Part shown: piece after piece, positions 8,144 to 16,716 of the stretch | Layout of the letters: each line of letters opens with the position of its first letter | How positions within the stretch are numbered: position 1 is the stretch's first letter | Assembly: GCA_046726415.1 (NCBI GenBank) | Contig: JBKPAK010000268.1 | Coordinates: 1-18,240 of the forward strand | Direction of reading: 5' to 3' | Origin: Candidatus Methylomirabilota bacterium | Lineage (GTDB): Bacteria; Methylomirabilota; Methylomirabilia; Rokubacteriales; CSP1-6 | Length of the DNA: 18,240 nt | Program-made: the position numbers and the translations under genes | The notes under the pieces: model-generated | What the model was told of the DNA's origin: nothing | What the model saw: only the letters and a program-made list of their open reading frames with translations | Databases searched by the model: none

Positions 8144-9736
8144 TCAGCGCTCGCGGTACATGTCGTAGTAGCGGAACGAGACGCGGTCACCCAGGTACAC
8201 GAAGCCCTTCACGTCCTTGCGCGCGACGAACTTGTCCACGATCCGCCCGTTCACCACCAGCGCAGGATCCTTCCACACGATCTCCGCGGCCTGGCGGTCG
8301 AGAGCGGTCTCGCGCTCGCGGTCAGGAGTGGCCATCGCCTCGTTGACGATCTTGTCGTACTCGGGATTCGAGTAGTACGTGAAGTTCCGCCCGCCTTTCG
8401 GGGGCGTCGCCTCCGAGTGGTACATGTTGAACAGGAAGTCCAGCGCGGTCGGGATGAACATCGGGCGGAAGTAGCCGAACAGGTGAATGGCCGTGTCGGG
8501 ATTCTTGTCCCGCCCCCAGTCGGTGGCCTTCTGGACCAGCGCCGGCCAGGTGTCCTCGTAGAACTCCACCTTGACGTTCATCTTGTTCAGCTCGGCCTGC
8601 ATCAGCTCGAAGATGGCGCGCTTGTCCCCGTCGCCCTTCTGCGACTGGAAGCGCAAGGTGAATCCGCCGTTCGGGAAGCCGGCGTCGGCCAGGAGCTTCT
8701 TGGCCTTGGCCGGGTCGTACGGATATGGATTGTCCATCTTCCAGTCCTTGCCCAGGATCGGCGTGAACAGCGGACCCGGGCTGGCCGCGTGCCCGGTGAT
8801 GGCGTTGAAGGCCTCCTGGTTCCACACGTGGGCCATGGCCTGCCGCACCCGGCGGTCCTTCGTCGGCCCGGCGTTGGTGTTGAGATAGGTGACCATGACG
8901 CTGGTGCCGAGCTTTTCGTACACCGTGAGGTTGGCGTTGCGCTTGAGCGCGGGGAGCGAGTCCTTGGTGACGTTCTCCGACCAGTCGAGCTCGCCCTTCT
9001 CGATCATGAGCCGCTGGGTCTCCGGCTCGTAGATGTGTCTGAGATTGACCGTGGTGAACTTGTTGGCTGGCCAGCCGCGCCAGTAGTGGGGGTTCTTCTT
9101 GGCCACCGAAATGATGTTGGGCTCCCACCGCTCCAGCACGTAGGCGCCCGTTCCCGCCGTGTGCTCGCGGAGCCAGCCTTGGGCCTGATCGCCCTTGTCT
9201 TGCTCCTTGAGCGCTTTCGGACTCACGATCAGCAGGAAGCGCAGCCCGGGCAGGAACATGCTGCTCGGCTGCTCGAGGTGGAACACGACTGTGCTCGGCG
9301 CCGGCGTCTCCACTCGCGCCAAAGGTTTGAGCCAGAGATAGGCGGCCTTCTTCAAGGCCTGGGCCCGCTCGACCGAGAGCTTCACCGCCGCCGCGTCGAA
9401 CGGCGTGCCGTCGCTGAACTTGACGCCCTCGCGCAGCTTGAAGGTGTAGATCTTGCCGTCCTTCGACGCCGTCCACGACGTGGCCAGCACCGGACGGAGC
9501 GAGGCGACATCGTCGCCCAGGTCCAGGAGCGACTCGTAGAAGTTATTGCCCGTCCACCAGAGGGTATCCAGTGGCCCCGCGTGGGGGTCGTAGGAGCTGA
9601 GCTGCGCGTACTTGCCGACGTTGAGGACGTTCTCCTGCTGGGCCGGCGCGGGGCCGGCGAGCGCGACGGCCAGGGTGGTGAGGGTGGCCGCCACCAGTGC
9701 GCGGGTGCGACCACGCGGGCGTTCCGTTCGTGCCAT
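8144..9736 (-). CDS. ABC transporter substrate-binding protein, family 5 (DppA/OppA/NikA-like)
   Basis: Signal peptide ending APA-QQ; LATSWTASKDGKIYTFKLREGVKFSDGTPFDAAAVK; GTGAY; YDPAKAKKLLADAG; NFTYYSNP. AAAGGA RBS. Confidence 0.95.
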   Translation of the reverse strand: MARTERPRGRTRALVAATLTTLAVALAGPAPAQQENVLNVGKYAQLSSYDPHAGPLDTLWWTGNNFYESLLDLGDDVASLRPVLATSWTASKDGKIYTFKLREGVKFSDGTPFDAAAVKLSVERAQALKKAAYLWLKPLARVETPAPSTVVFHLEQPSSMFLPGLRFLLIVSPKALKEQDKGDQAQGWLREHTAGTGAYVLERWEPNIISVAKKNPHYWRGWPANKFTTVNLRHIYEPETQRLMIEKGELDWSENVTKDSLPALKRNANLTVYEKLGTSVMVTYLNTNAGPTKDRRVRQAMAHVWNQEAFNAITGHAASPGPLFTPILGKDWKMDNPYPYDPAKAKKLLADAGFPNGGFTLRFQSQKGDGDKRAIFELMQAELNKMNVKVEFYEDTWPALVQKATDWGRDKNPDTAIHLFGYFRPMFIPTALDFLFNMYHSEATPPKGGRNFTYYSNPEYDKIVNEAMATPDRERETALDRQAAEIVWKDPALVVNGRIVDKFVARKDVKGFVYLGDRVSFRYYDMYRER

Positions 9737-9794
9737 GGCTCGTATCCTTTCTCAGCTCGTGAGAGCGTCCGGAGCGCGGCGGTGACGGCCGCCA

Positions 9795-10820
9795 TTATCG
9801 TCCAATGCGGTCGGGGGTGCGGAAGTGCGGGACGATCTCGCGGCCGTAGGCCTCGAGCGTCGAGAAGTGAAACTCGGCCTCCACGATGCCGAGGTAGAGA
9901 CAGACGTGGGTCACGCCGGCGGCCTCCAGCTGGGCGATCTTGTCGCGCACCTGCCCGGTCGTCCCGATGAGGGTGAGGCGCTCGGCCATGTCGTCCGTCA
10001 CCGCCCCGGTGTGCGGGGCGTCGGGCACGCCGTGCTGGTGATAGTCGTAGCCGGCGACACGAGTCATGCCGTCGACCAGCTCCGCCGGCAGCTCGTCAGG
10101 CGGGTAATGCTTCAGCAAGTCCTTGACGTGGTTGGAAACCGTGGCGGGGAAGCCTCGCACGCGGGAGAGCGCCCGCTCGCGGTCCGCCGAGATGTACGTC
10201 GGCGCCCCGGCGACGATCTCGAAGCCGTCGAGCGTCCGGCCGGCCATCTGAGCACCGTGGTGCGCATGGCCCACCGCCCACTCGACGACCTTGGGCGAGG
10301 CGAGCTGCAGGATGAGCCCGTCGGCCTCGGCCCCGGCCAGCTCGAGGACGCGCGGTCCGTAAGCGGCGAGCAGCACCGGCACCTGGCGGGTGAGCCAGGA
10401 GAACTGCACCGGCGTGCCATTGAGCTCGGCCCTCTCGCCGCGGCAGAGCTGCCGCATCAGCCGGAGCGCGTCGCGGAATTCGGCCAGCTTCATTGGCGCC
10501 AGGCCGAGCGTGCGGACCGCGCTGTCACCCCGGCCGATACCGAGCACCGCGCGCCCCTCGAAGAGCTCACCGAGCGTGGCGAGCATGCTCGCGACGACGG
10601 TCGGGTGGCGCGTCACCGGGTTGGAGACGAGCGGCCCCACGCGCATGCGCGTCGTGGCCATCGCGGCGGCGGTGAGGTACGCGCTGACCTCGTGCCAGAT
10701 TAGGTGCGAGTCGCCGAACCAGATGTGCTCGAACCCCACGTCCTCCGCCACCTTGATGCTGGCGAGCATGTGGGCCAGCGGAAAATGCCCGGGACGGAAC
10801 ATGAGGCCGAACGAGACCAT
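9795..10820 (-). CDS. LLM-class (probably F420-dependent) oxidoreductase, TIGR03842-like
   Basis: AEDVGFEHIWFGDSHLIW, GPLVSNPVTRHPTVVAS, GRAVLGIGRGDSAVR, AAYGPRVLELAG..ADG, YDYHQHG. Context next to C-N hydrolase and dihydropyrimidinase remnants fits this family. Subfamily assigned from memory. Confidence 0.85.
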   Translation of the reverse strand: MVSFGLMFRPGHFPLAHMLASIKVAEDVGFEHIWFGDSHLIWHEVSAYLTAAAMATTRMRVGPLVSNPVTRHPTVVASMLATLGELFEGRAVLGIGRGDSAVRTLGLAPMKLAEFRDALRLMRQLCRGERAELNGTPVQFSWLTRQVPVLLAAYGPRVLELAGAEADGLILQLASPKVVEWAVGHAHHGAQMAGRTLDGFEIVAGAPTYISADRERALSRVRGFPATVSNHVKDLLKHYPPDELPAELVDGMTRVAGYDYHQHGVPDAPHTGAVTDDMAERLTLIGTTGQVRDKIAQLEAAGVTHVCLYLGIVEAEFHFSTLEAYGREIVPHFRTPDRIGR

Positions 10821-10839
10821 AAGGAGATCCGACAGATTC

Positions 10840-11184
10840 CTACGCGGTGCGCGGCAGGTACCGGCCGCGGGGACGCTCGGCGACGACCTCGCCGTCGCAA
10901 TATACGACCTCGCCGCCGGCCACCGTGGTGGCGGCCCAACCATGGGCAACGTAGCCCTCGTACGGGCTGAAGTCGACGACCGAGTTCAGCGTCCCGAGAT
11001 CCACTTTCACCTGGCGATCGAGGTCGACGATCACGAGATCGGCATCGGAGCCGACTTCCAGCGCGCCCTTGCGCGGATAGAGCCCGAACAGCCGCGCGGC
11101 GTTGTACGACGTCAGCTCCACCAGTTGCTGGAGCGTGGCGCGCCCGCGTCGCACGCCCTCCGTCAGCAGCACCGGTAGGATCAT
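10840..11184 (-). pseudogene. C-terminal fragment of a cyclic amidohydrolase (dihydropyrimidinase/allantoinase/dihydroorotase family)
   Basis: LPVLLTEGV...NAARLFGLYPRKGALEVGSDADLVIVD...FSPYEG...G....T...G.VV....G...RGRYL. Only 114 aa; the metal-binding HxH, carbamylated Lys and catalytic Asp regions are absent. Confidence 0.88.
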
Positions 11185-11420
11185 GGCCGCCGGAACTTGA
11201 AGAAGCCCCAGAGATCGCGCGTGTCCTCGCAGGCCTTGGGGTCGATGTCGGCGTAGAGGATCTCGTCCTCCTTGTCGCCGGCGCGGCCGATGACGTTGCC
11301 CCGGTGATCGATGAACACCGCGCCGTTGCTCGCGGCCTGCCGGGCCAGATCCTCGGCTTTCCGGATGTTGCGCTCCTTGGACTCGTGACCGCTGAACTGC
11401 ACGAGGGCCGCACGAACCAT
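11181..11420 (-). pseudogene. Carbon-nitrogen hydrolase (nitrilase/beta-ureidopropionase family) with in-frame internal deletion
   Basis: AGGAGG RBS then MVRAALVQFSGHESKERNIRKAEDLARQAASNGA joined directly to VFIDHRGNVIGRAGDKEDEILYADID...RDLWGFFKFRRP. 79 aa; the Glu-Lys-Cys triad region is missing. Confidence 0.88.
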
Positions 11421-11450
11421 ACGAGGCAACCTCCTGAGCGGGATGGGGAG

Positions 11451-11479
11451 GTTGTACACCGCGTGCCGAGGCGGGGCAA
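11451..11479 (-). promoter_or_regulatory. Possible promoter of the hydrolase-LLM-ABC operon
   Basis: TTGCCC (11479-11474), 17 bp, TACAAC (11456-11451), about 30 nt upstream of ATG 11420. Confidence 0.35.
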
Positions 11480-11569
11480 GGGCCGGCGCGCGGAACCCGA
11501 ACTGATCGACGCCGTCTCGTGAACGAGGCCGCGAGCTCGCTCAGTCGAGCCTGTCGGCGCGCAGCGAGA

Positions 11570-13168
11570 CTAGGCCTGGCCCGTGGGTGCGTATTTGTGC
11601 CCCAGCCGCTCCTCCCAGCGCAGGTAGTTGATCATGTCGGCAAAGCTGCGATCGGGGCCGGCCGGCACCACGTCGTCGGGAGCGCGCAGCACACCCGTCA
11701 GGCCCTGTTCCAGCGGCCGGCCTTCTTTCCGCCATGCCTCGGTGCCGCCGGCCAGCGCGGCCACGTCGCCGTAACCCATGTCCATTAGCGTCGCCGCACT
11801 CAGCACCGCGTCGTGGCCGTCCTCGTCGGTGACCACGATCGGGGCGGCCATACCCGCCGCGAGCTCCGCGACGCGCAGCTCGAGCCAGCCGCGCGCCAAC
11901 CAGCGGGCGCCGGGGACGTGGCCCGCGGCGAAGCGGTCGCTTGGGTCGACGTAGAGCGTCACCGGCGGTCGGACGGACGCCAGGAGCGACGCCAGCTCGG
12001 CCGGCGAGACCTGACGCACGCGCGCCCGCGCCTCAGGCACCAGGGGTTCGAGCGGATCGTCCGCGCCCGAGGCGAGCGGCCGCCCGGCCGCCGACCATGC
12101 CGTCGTGCCGCCCGCGACGGCGTAGACATTCGGGAAGCCCATCTGCCGGTACCACGAAGCCGTCACCGACGCGCGCACCGTGCCGTCGCAACAGAAGACG
12201 ACGGTGCCGTTGCGCACGGCCACCGTGTCGTCCGCACGCTGCACGGCCTGGCCGCCGGGAACCCACCAGAAGCCAGGGATATGCCCCGCCGTGTACTCCT
12301 CCCGCGCGCGTACGTCGATCAGGTAGATCGTCTCGTCGCCGGCTCGCGCCATTAGCTTCGGCAGCGTGTCCACCGCCAGCATCTGCACGCCATCCTCGGC
12401 GGCGACGCGGGCAGCGAACGCCTCGGCGGCGGCCCGACCCTCCGCTGACGGCTTCGGCAGGTCGAGGCGATCGGCGCCACGCTCCAGCTCCAGCCCGGAC
12501 AGCAGCCAGCCGGACGTCCCGTTGCGCAGGCTGACCACGTTGGGCAGCTGCATCCGCTGGAGCACGCGGGCGCCGATGATGCTGCGCGTACGGCCGGCGC
12601 AGTTGACTACCACCGTCGCGTTCGGCCGCTCGCGCAGGAGGTCGTGGATCCGCAGGGCCAGCTCGCCGCCCGGCGCGCTGCGGCCGCCCGGGATGCAGAA
12701 GCGCCGGTACTCCTCCGGCGTGCGCGTGTCGACGATGAGCAGGTCGTCGCCCCGGCGCTGGCGGCGCGCCAGCTCGTCGGCGTCGATGGTGGGGACGTGG
12801 TGCTGCACTTCGACCTTCTCGCCGAAGTCCTTGCTCGGCACGTTCATCCCCCACTCGGTGGGCAGGTTCTGGCTGGCCCAGCGGTTGACCCCGCCCTCCA
12901 GCACCGCCACCCGGCGGTAGCCCATCTGCTCCAAGGTGCGCGCGGCCAGAGCCGCGCGGCGACCGTCGTCGTCGCACACCACGACCTGCACTCCCCGAAA
13001 CGGGACGAGCTGGCCCATGCGGGCCTCGAGCTGGCGGCGCGGCACGGAGCTGGCGCCGGGGATGTGGGCGGGGTTGTACTCGCCGTGCTCGCGCACGTCG
13101 ATCAGCGCGAGCGTCGAGTCCGTCTCCAGCAGATGCGCGAGGGTGGCGGAGGCGATCTCTTTGGGCAT
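11570..13168 (-). CDS. Four-domain rhodanese-like sulfurtransferase
   Basis: Four repeats of D(V/T)R..EY...HIPGA-like plus GG...W motifs. Active-site loops CDDDGR, CAGRTRS, CCDGTVR, TDEDGH. VPSKDFGE linker; C-terminal YLRWE. Confidence 0.92.
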   Translation of the reverse strand: MPKEIASATLAHLLETDSTLALIDVREHGEYNPAHIPGASSVPRRQLEARMGQLVPFRGVQVVVCDDDGRRAALAARTLEQMGYRRVAVLEGGVNRWASQNLPTEWGMNVPSKDFGEKVEVQHHVPTIDADELARRQRRGDDLLIVDTRTPEEYRRFCIPGGRSAPGGELALRIHDLLRERPNATVVVNCAGRTRSIIGARVLQRMQLPNVVSLRNGTSGWLLSGLELERGADRLDLPKPSAEGRAAAEAFAARVAAEDGVQMLAVDTLPKLMARAGDETIYLIDVRAREEYTAGHIPGFWWVPGGQAVQRADDTVAVRNGTVVFCCDGTVRASVTASWYRQMGFPNVYAVAGGTTAWSAAGRPLASGADDPLEPLVPEARARVRQVSPAELASLLASVRPPVTLYVDPSDRFAAGHVPGARWLARGWLELRVAELAAGMAAPIVVTDEDGHDAVLSAATLMDMGYGDVAALAGGTEAWRKEGRPLEQGLTGVLRAPDDVVPAGPDRSFADMINYLRWEERLGHKYAPTGQA

Positions 13169-13212
13169 CGGGGCCCTCCGATTGGTGTGAGCTGTTCGTG
13201 AATGAGCGCGGA

Positions 13213-13262
13213 TCGGTCATGTCGTGGATGAACTCGTCCCGCGTATAGCTGGTCACGGCCAT
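13213..13262 (-). pseudogene. 17-codon N-terminal stub of a thiol-dioxygenase paralog
   Basis: MAVTSYTRDEFIHDMTD versus MTLTKYTLDEFIHDMTD of 16717..17298. 27 bp identical (13213-13239 = 17249-17275), after which similarity stops abruptly. Confidence 0.8.
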
Positions 13263-13306
13263 GGTCGCGACGCCTGTGGCGCCCGCTTGATTATGGTACG
13301 AACCGG

Positions 13307-13336
13307 TTGCTCACCCAAACGCTCCTTGGGTAGAGT
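13307..13336 (+). promoter_or_regulatory. Possible sigma70-type promoter in divergent intergenic region
   Basis: TTGCTC (13307-13312), 18 bp, TAGAGT (13331-13336). A CATAAT -10-like box lies on the opposite strand at about 13290-13295. Confidence 0.35.
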
Positions 13337-13423
13337 CCACACCGTGGTCGGAGAGTCGCGCCGCTGCATCGACTCCGCTCGGGCTCCCCGGCGTGCATCG
13401 AACCGATCAGGGAGGAGGTCACG

Positions 13424-14512
13424 GTGAAGATTGCACAGGTTGCCGTGAACGTGTTGCGAGTTCCCGTCGATCGCCCCTACGTGGCGGGTGGGCGCACGGT
13501 CGATGCAAACTGGCACGTCCTGGCTCGGATCACGACCTCCGATGGGGTCGAGGGCATCGGCTATGTGGTCTACCCGCGGCCGGATCTGATGACGACGATC
13601 GGCCACGCCGCGCGGGAGCTGGGCGAACACCTGATCGGCATGAGTGTCTTGGAGCCGGAGGCGGCCTGGGATCGACTGGCGCGACGCGGCGACTGGGTGG
13701 GTCCGGGCGGGTTGCTCCACTGTGCCCTGTCCCCACTCGACGTCGCGGTGTGGGACGCCGCCGGCAAGACCCTTGGCCAACCGCTGCATCGTCTCCTCGG
13801 AGGGTATCGCGATCGACTCCCCACGTATGCGAGCGATGGCCTCTGGTACAGCCTCTCTCCCGATGAGCTCGCGGCCTCGGCGCGGCGCCACGTCGACGCG
13901 GGATTCGGCGCCGTCAAGCTACGGCTCGGCAAAGAGGCGACACCGGAGATGGAGGCACGCCGGGTCCACGCCGTCCGCGAGGCCGTCGGGGCGGACGTCC
14001 GGATCATGGTCGACGCGACCGAGAGCTGGTCCTTGACGCGCGCCCGACACACCGGTCGGATTCTTCAGGAATCGGGCATTGCGTGGCTGGAGGATCCCGT
14101 CCACCATCTCGACGTGTCTGGGCTCGCCGAGCTTCGCTGCCAGCTCGAGGTCCCCATCGCCGCCGGGGAGCACCTGTACTACCTGGACGCCTTTCGGGCG
14201 CTCCTGGAGGCGCGGGCGGTCGATGTGGTCATCCTCGACCTGGCCCGGGTCGGCGGCGTGACTCCGTGGCGAAAGATCGCGGCGGTGGCCCAAGCGCATC
14301 GTATTCCGGTGTGTGGTCACGTGGTTCCGGAGATCCACGTTCATTTGCTGTCGGCCATCCCGAACGGTCACCTGGTGGAGTACGTGCCGCGATCCGCCGG
14401 CATTCTCACCTCGATGCCACGGTTGGAGGATGGCGAGCTCGTCGCGCCGCACGCCCCCGGTCTTGGCCTCGAGCTCGATGAGGCTGCGGTGCAACGCCAT
14501 CGGGTCGCCTAA
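13424..14512 (+). CDS. Mandelate racemase/muconate lactonizing enzyme family protein (MR-like subgroup)
   Basis: DVAVWDAAGKTLGQPLHRLLGG; KLR; metal ligands MVD, WLEDP, AGE; Asp/His dyad (LDLARVGG, CGH); EY; PGLGLELD. GGAGGAGG RBS before GTG. Confidence 0.93.
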   Translation: MKIAQVAVNVLRVPVDRPYVAGGRTVDANWHVLARITTSDGVEGIGYVVYPRPDLMTTIGHAARELGEHLIGMSVLEPEAAWDRLARRGDWVGPGGLLHCALSPLDVAVWDAAGKTLGQPLHRLLGGYRDRLPTYASDGLWYSLSPDELAASARRHVDAGFGAVKLRLGKEATPEMEARRVHAVREAVGADVRIMVDATESWSLTRARHTGRILQESGIAWLEDPVHHLDVSGLAELRCQLEVPIAAGEHLYYLDAFRALLEARAVDVVILDLARVGGVTPWRKIAAVAQAHRIPVCGHVVPEIHVHLLSAIPNGHLVEYVPRSAGILTSMPRLEDGELVAPHAPGLGLELDEAAVQRHRVA

Positions 14513-14518
14513 AATCGC

Positions 14519-14752
14519 GTGGGAAAGAGGCGAGCATCGGCAAGGGCGCGATGGCGAGTACGACCGCGGCTCGCCCCATACCATTGCGCGTTTTGCGGCG
14601 AGCCGAACGAGCTGTTCGTAGATCCGAGCGGCGGCCGTCGGCAGGCGTTCACGGAGGACTGCGCCGTCTGCTGTCGACCCAACGCGATCACTCTCACCGT
14701 CGACGACGACGGCGACGTCCAATTTCAGGTCACTCAAGAATACGAAGCATGA
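14519..14752 (+). CDS. CPXCG-motif cysteine-rich small protein
   Basis: CAFCGE..ELFVDPSGG..Q...EDCAVCCRP matches the Cys_rich_CPXG family pattern. Start codon uncertain. Confidence 0.8.
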   Translation: MGKRRASARARWRVRPRLAPYHCAFCGEPNELFVDPSGGRRQAFTEDCAVCCRPNAITLTVDDDGDVQFQVTQEYEA

Positions 14753-14780
14753 GTACCCGCGTTCCCACGAGGAGGGCTCG

Positions 14781-15689
14781 ATGAAGCTCGGTATCTGTGT
14801 CCCGCATTACGGCCGGCCGATCGAGGTGGACCGCATGCTCGCGGTGGTCCAGCACGCGGAGAAGACCGGCCTCGACTCCGTCTGGGTGACCGACCACGTC
14901 ATCGTCCCCCGCGACATCGACATCATCTATCGCGAGCACATGCTCGACCCGCTCGCCGTGCTCCCTTGGCTCGCCGGCGTGACCGAGCGCATCCTCCTGG
15001 GCACGAGCGTGGTCATCCTCCCCTACCGCTCCCCCATCCCCGTGGCGAAGCTGCTCGCGAGCGTCGACGTCCTCTCGGGCGGACGGCTCATCGTGGGCGC
15101 GGCCATCGGCTGGATGGAGGGCGAGTTCGCCGCGCTCGGCGTCCCGTTCAAGGAGCGCGTCAGTCGGAGCGAGGAAGCGCTCGAGCTGATGCGTACCCTG
15201 TGGACCCAGGAGGGCCCGGAGATCAAGACGGCGCGTCACCACCTGTCCGGTCTTCAAGGGTCGCCGATGCCCCTGCAGAAGCCGCGACCGCCCATCTGGA
15301 TCGGCGGCGGCAGTGAGGGGGCGTTCCGTCGGGTGGCGCGGCTGGGCGACGGCTGGCACGCCACCGCCTCCACGCCCGACGCGTTTCACCAGGGCAAGCA
15401 GGCGGTGACGAAGTTCTGGAAGGAGGCGGGGCGTGACGGCGAGCCCGCGTGGTCGATGCGCATCCCGGTCTTCATCGATGGCGTCCACCAGTGGGCGGTC
15501 GACCAGAAATTCCTCCGCGGCCGACACACCGTGCGCGGGACCGTGAAGCAGGTCACCGAGCAGCTCGTCGAATACCAACGGCTCGGCGTAAGCCACATGG
15601 CCCTCGAGGTCTCCTATTCGGTGTATCCTGCGATCCTCGAAACGATCGACCTGCTCACCAGTGAAGTGAGACCCGCCCTCGAGCGGTGA
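14781..15689 (+). CDS. LLM-class F420-dependent oxidoreductase (TIGR03619/Rv2161c-like)
   Basis: GLDSVWVTDHVIVP, LGTSVVILPYRSP...AK..ASVDVLSGGRL..GAAIGWMEGEF, PLQKPRPPIWIGG...RRVARLGDGWH. AGGAGG RBS. Confidence 0.92.
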   Translation: MKLGICVPHYGRPIEVDRMLAVVQHAEKTGLDSVWVTDHVIVPRDIDIIYREHMLDPLAVLPWLAGVTERILLGTSVVILPYRSPIPVAKLLASVDVLSGGRLIVGAAIGWMEGEFAALGVPFKERVSRSEEALELMRTLWTQEGPEIKTARHHLSGLQGSPMPLQKPRPPIWIGGGSEGAFRRVARLGDGWHATASTPDAFHQGKQAVTKFWKEAGRDGEPAWSMRIPVFIDGVHQWAVDQKFLRGRHTVRGTVKQVTEQLVEYQRLGVSHMALEVSYSVYPAILETIDLLTSEVRPALER

Positions 15690-15737
15690 ACAGAGCCAGA
15701 CTGGTACGACGACGGCAGCACCATCGCTGAGTGAAGG

Positions 15738-15753
15738 GGGCGAGCGCTCGCCC
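15738..15753. terminator. Perfect 16-bp palindrome between convergent genes, possible terminator
   Basis: GGGCGAGCGCTCGCCC; no clear U-tract on either strand. Confidence 0.3.
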
Positions 15754-15771
15754 GGCCGAACCTCGACCGCG

Positions 15772-16599
15772 TCAGTACGCGGTGGGAGCCCTCTTGATGG
15801 GCGGCGTCACGACGATGTCGTTGACGACGCGGCTCACCCCGGGGATCCTCTCGATCGTTTCCTGCACCAACCCGCGCTCCTCCTCCGTGTCGACGGTGCC
15901 GCTGAGGAAGGCGCAGCCGCCGCTGGCGGAGACGGCGACGCGCTCCGGATCGATCACCGGACTCGCCATGAACGAGGCCTTCGCCCGCCCGACGATGCTG
16001 AGGTCGACGAGCTGGCGACGCGACGCGGGCGTGGTCTGGAACCGCTGTTCCTTCAGCGTTTCCTGGACGACCCGGGCGCCCTCATCGGCCGTCATCCGCT
16101 CGGTGTTGAGCACGATGTCGTAGAGCAGGTGATCGTCGACGTTCACGCGATACAGGAACTTCACGCGCGTGGCGCGCTCGTGGTCGGCGTGGCGGATGTG
16201 GTCGAGCGCCGCCTCGCGGGTCAGTCCCTGCTGTTGCTCCACGCGATCCGCGCGAACGCGCTCGGGAGCGCTGGTGCGCACCCGGAGCACGTGGGGCGTC
16301 GGGCGCAGGACGATCGCCGCCGCCAGTCCGGTGAGGACGACGTCGTCGCCGCTGGCCATCTCCAAAATGATCGAGTCCACGTAGGCCCGGTACCGGTGCT
16401 GGCTGTCCGTCAGGCGCTCCCAGAACGTCGGTTTCCCCTCGGTCCCGTGCCGGAGGTCGCTCAACTCCGCTCCGAACTGCTCGGCCGCCTTCGCGATAAT
16501 CTCGCGATCGGCGAACCGGTAGCCCAGACGCTCGGAGACCTTGCGGCCGATTTCGTTCCCTAGACTTCCGGTCGTCTCGGAAATGGCCACGATGCTCAT
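15772..16599 (-). CDS. Cytidylate-kinase-like family protein with C-terminal BON domain
   Basis: IVAISETTGSLGNEIGRKVSERLGY...DREII; HVLRVRTSAP; YDIVLNT; then BON-like V.VSASGGCAFLSGTV...IPGVSRVVNDIVV. AGGAGGT RBS. Confidence 0.85.
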   Translation of the reverse strand: MSIVAISETTGSLGNEIGRKVSERLGYRFADREIIAKAAEQFGAELSDLRHGTEGKPTFWERLTDSQHRYRAYVDSIILEMASGDDVVLTGLAAAIVLRPTPHVLRVRTSAPERVRADRVEQQQGLTREAALDHIRHADHERATRVKFLYRVNVDDHLLYDIVLNTERMTADEGARVVQETLKEQRFQTTPASRRQLVDLSIVGRAKASFMASPVIDPERVAVSASGGCAFLSGTVDTEEERGLVQETIERIPGVSRVVNDIVVTPPIKRAPTAY

Positions 16600-16716
16600 G
16601 CTCCACCTCCTGGCTCAGGCCGCGACGGGAGGATCTTCTCGGCGAGGCGCGCCTGGCGCCTCTGGGTTGCACCATGCCGGCAGGATACCCTACTCCGGCC
16701 AACGGGGACTCCGACG

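Noticed and set aside
7484-9970. 828-aa plus-strand ORF and other long antisense ORFs (e.g. 381..1283, 2972..4060, 4353..5747, 6082..7173, 13919..14737, 14730..15596)
   Set aside because: They are shadows of well-supported genes on the opposite strand in high-GC DNA and have no recognisable motifs.
10840-11420. Novel nitrilase-amidohydrolase fusion via stop read-through
   Set aside because: The two remnants are in different frames and both lack catalytic residues.
3810-13220. Site-specific or programmed excision as the cause of the deletion junctions
   Set aside because: The junction sequences (GACGTC|GAGGT, TTCTGT|CTCTGG, CGGCC|ATGATC, GGCGCG|GTGTTC, ACCGA|TCCGCG) share no motif I can see, and no recombinase is present.
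12033-13262. 409-aa minus-strand ORF overlapping the rhodanese
   Set aside because: Only the first 17 codons are protein-like (dioxygenase stub); the rest is Arg/Pro/Gly-rich off-frame read-through.
13340-13410. Riboswitch in the leader of the MR-like gene
   Set aside because: Only a short stem (GAGTCG...CGACTC); no conserved riboswitch core that I recognise.
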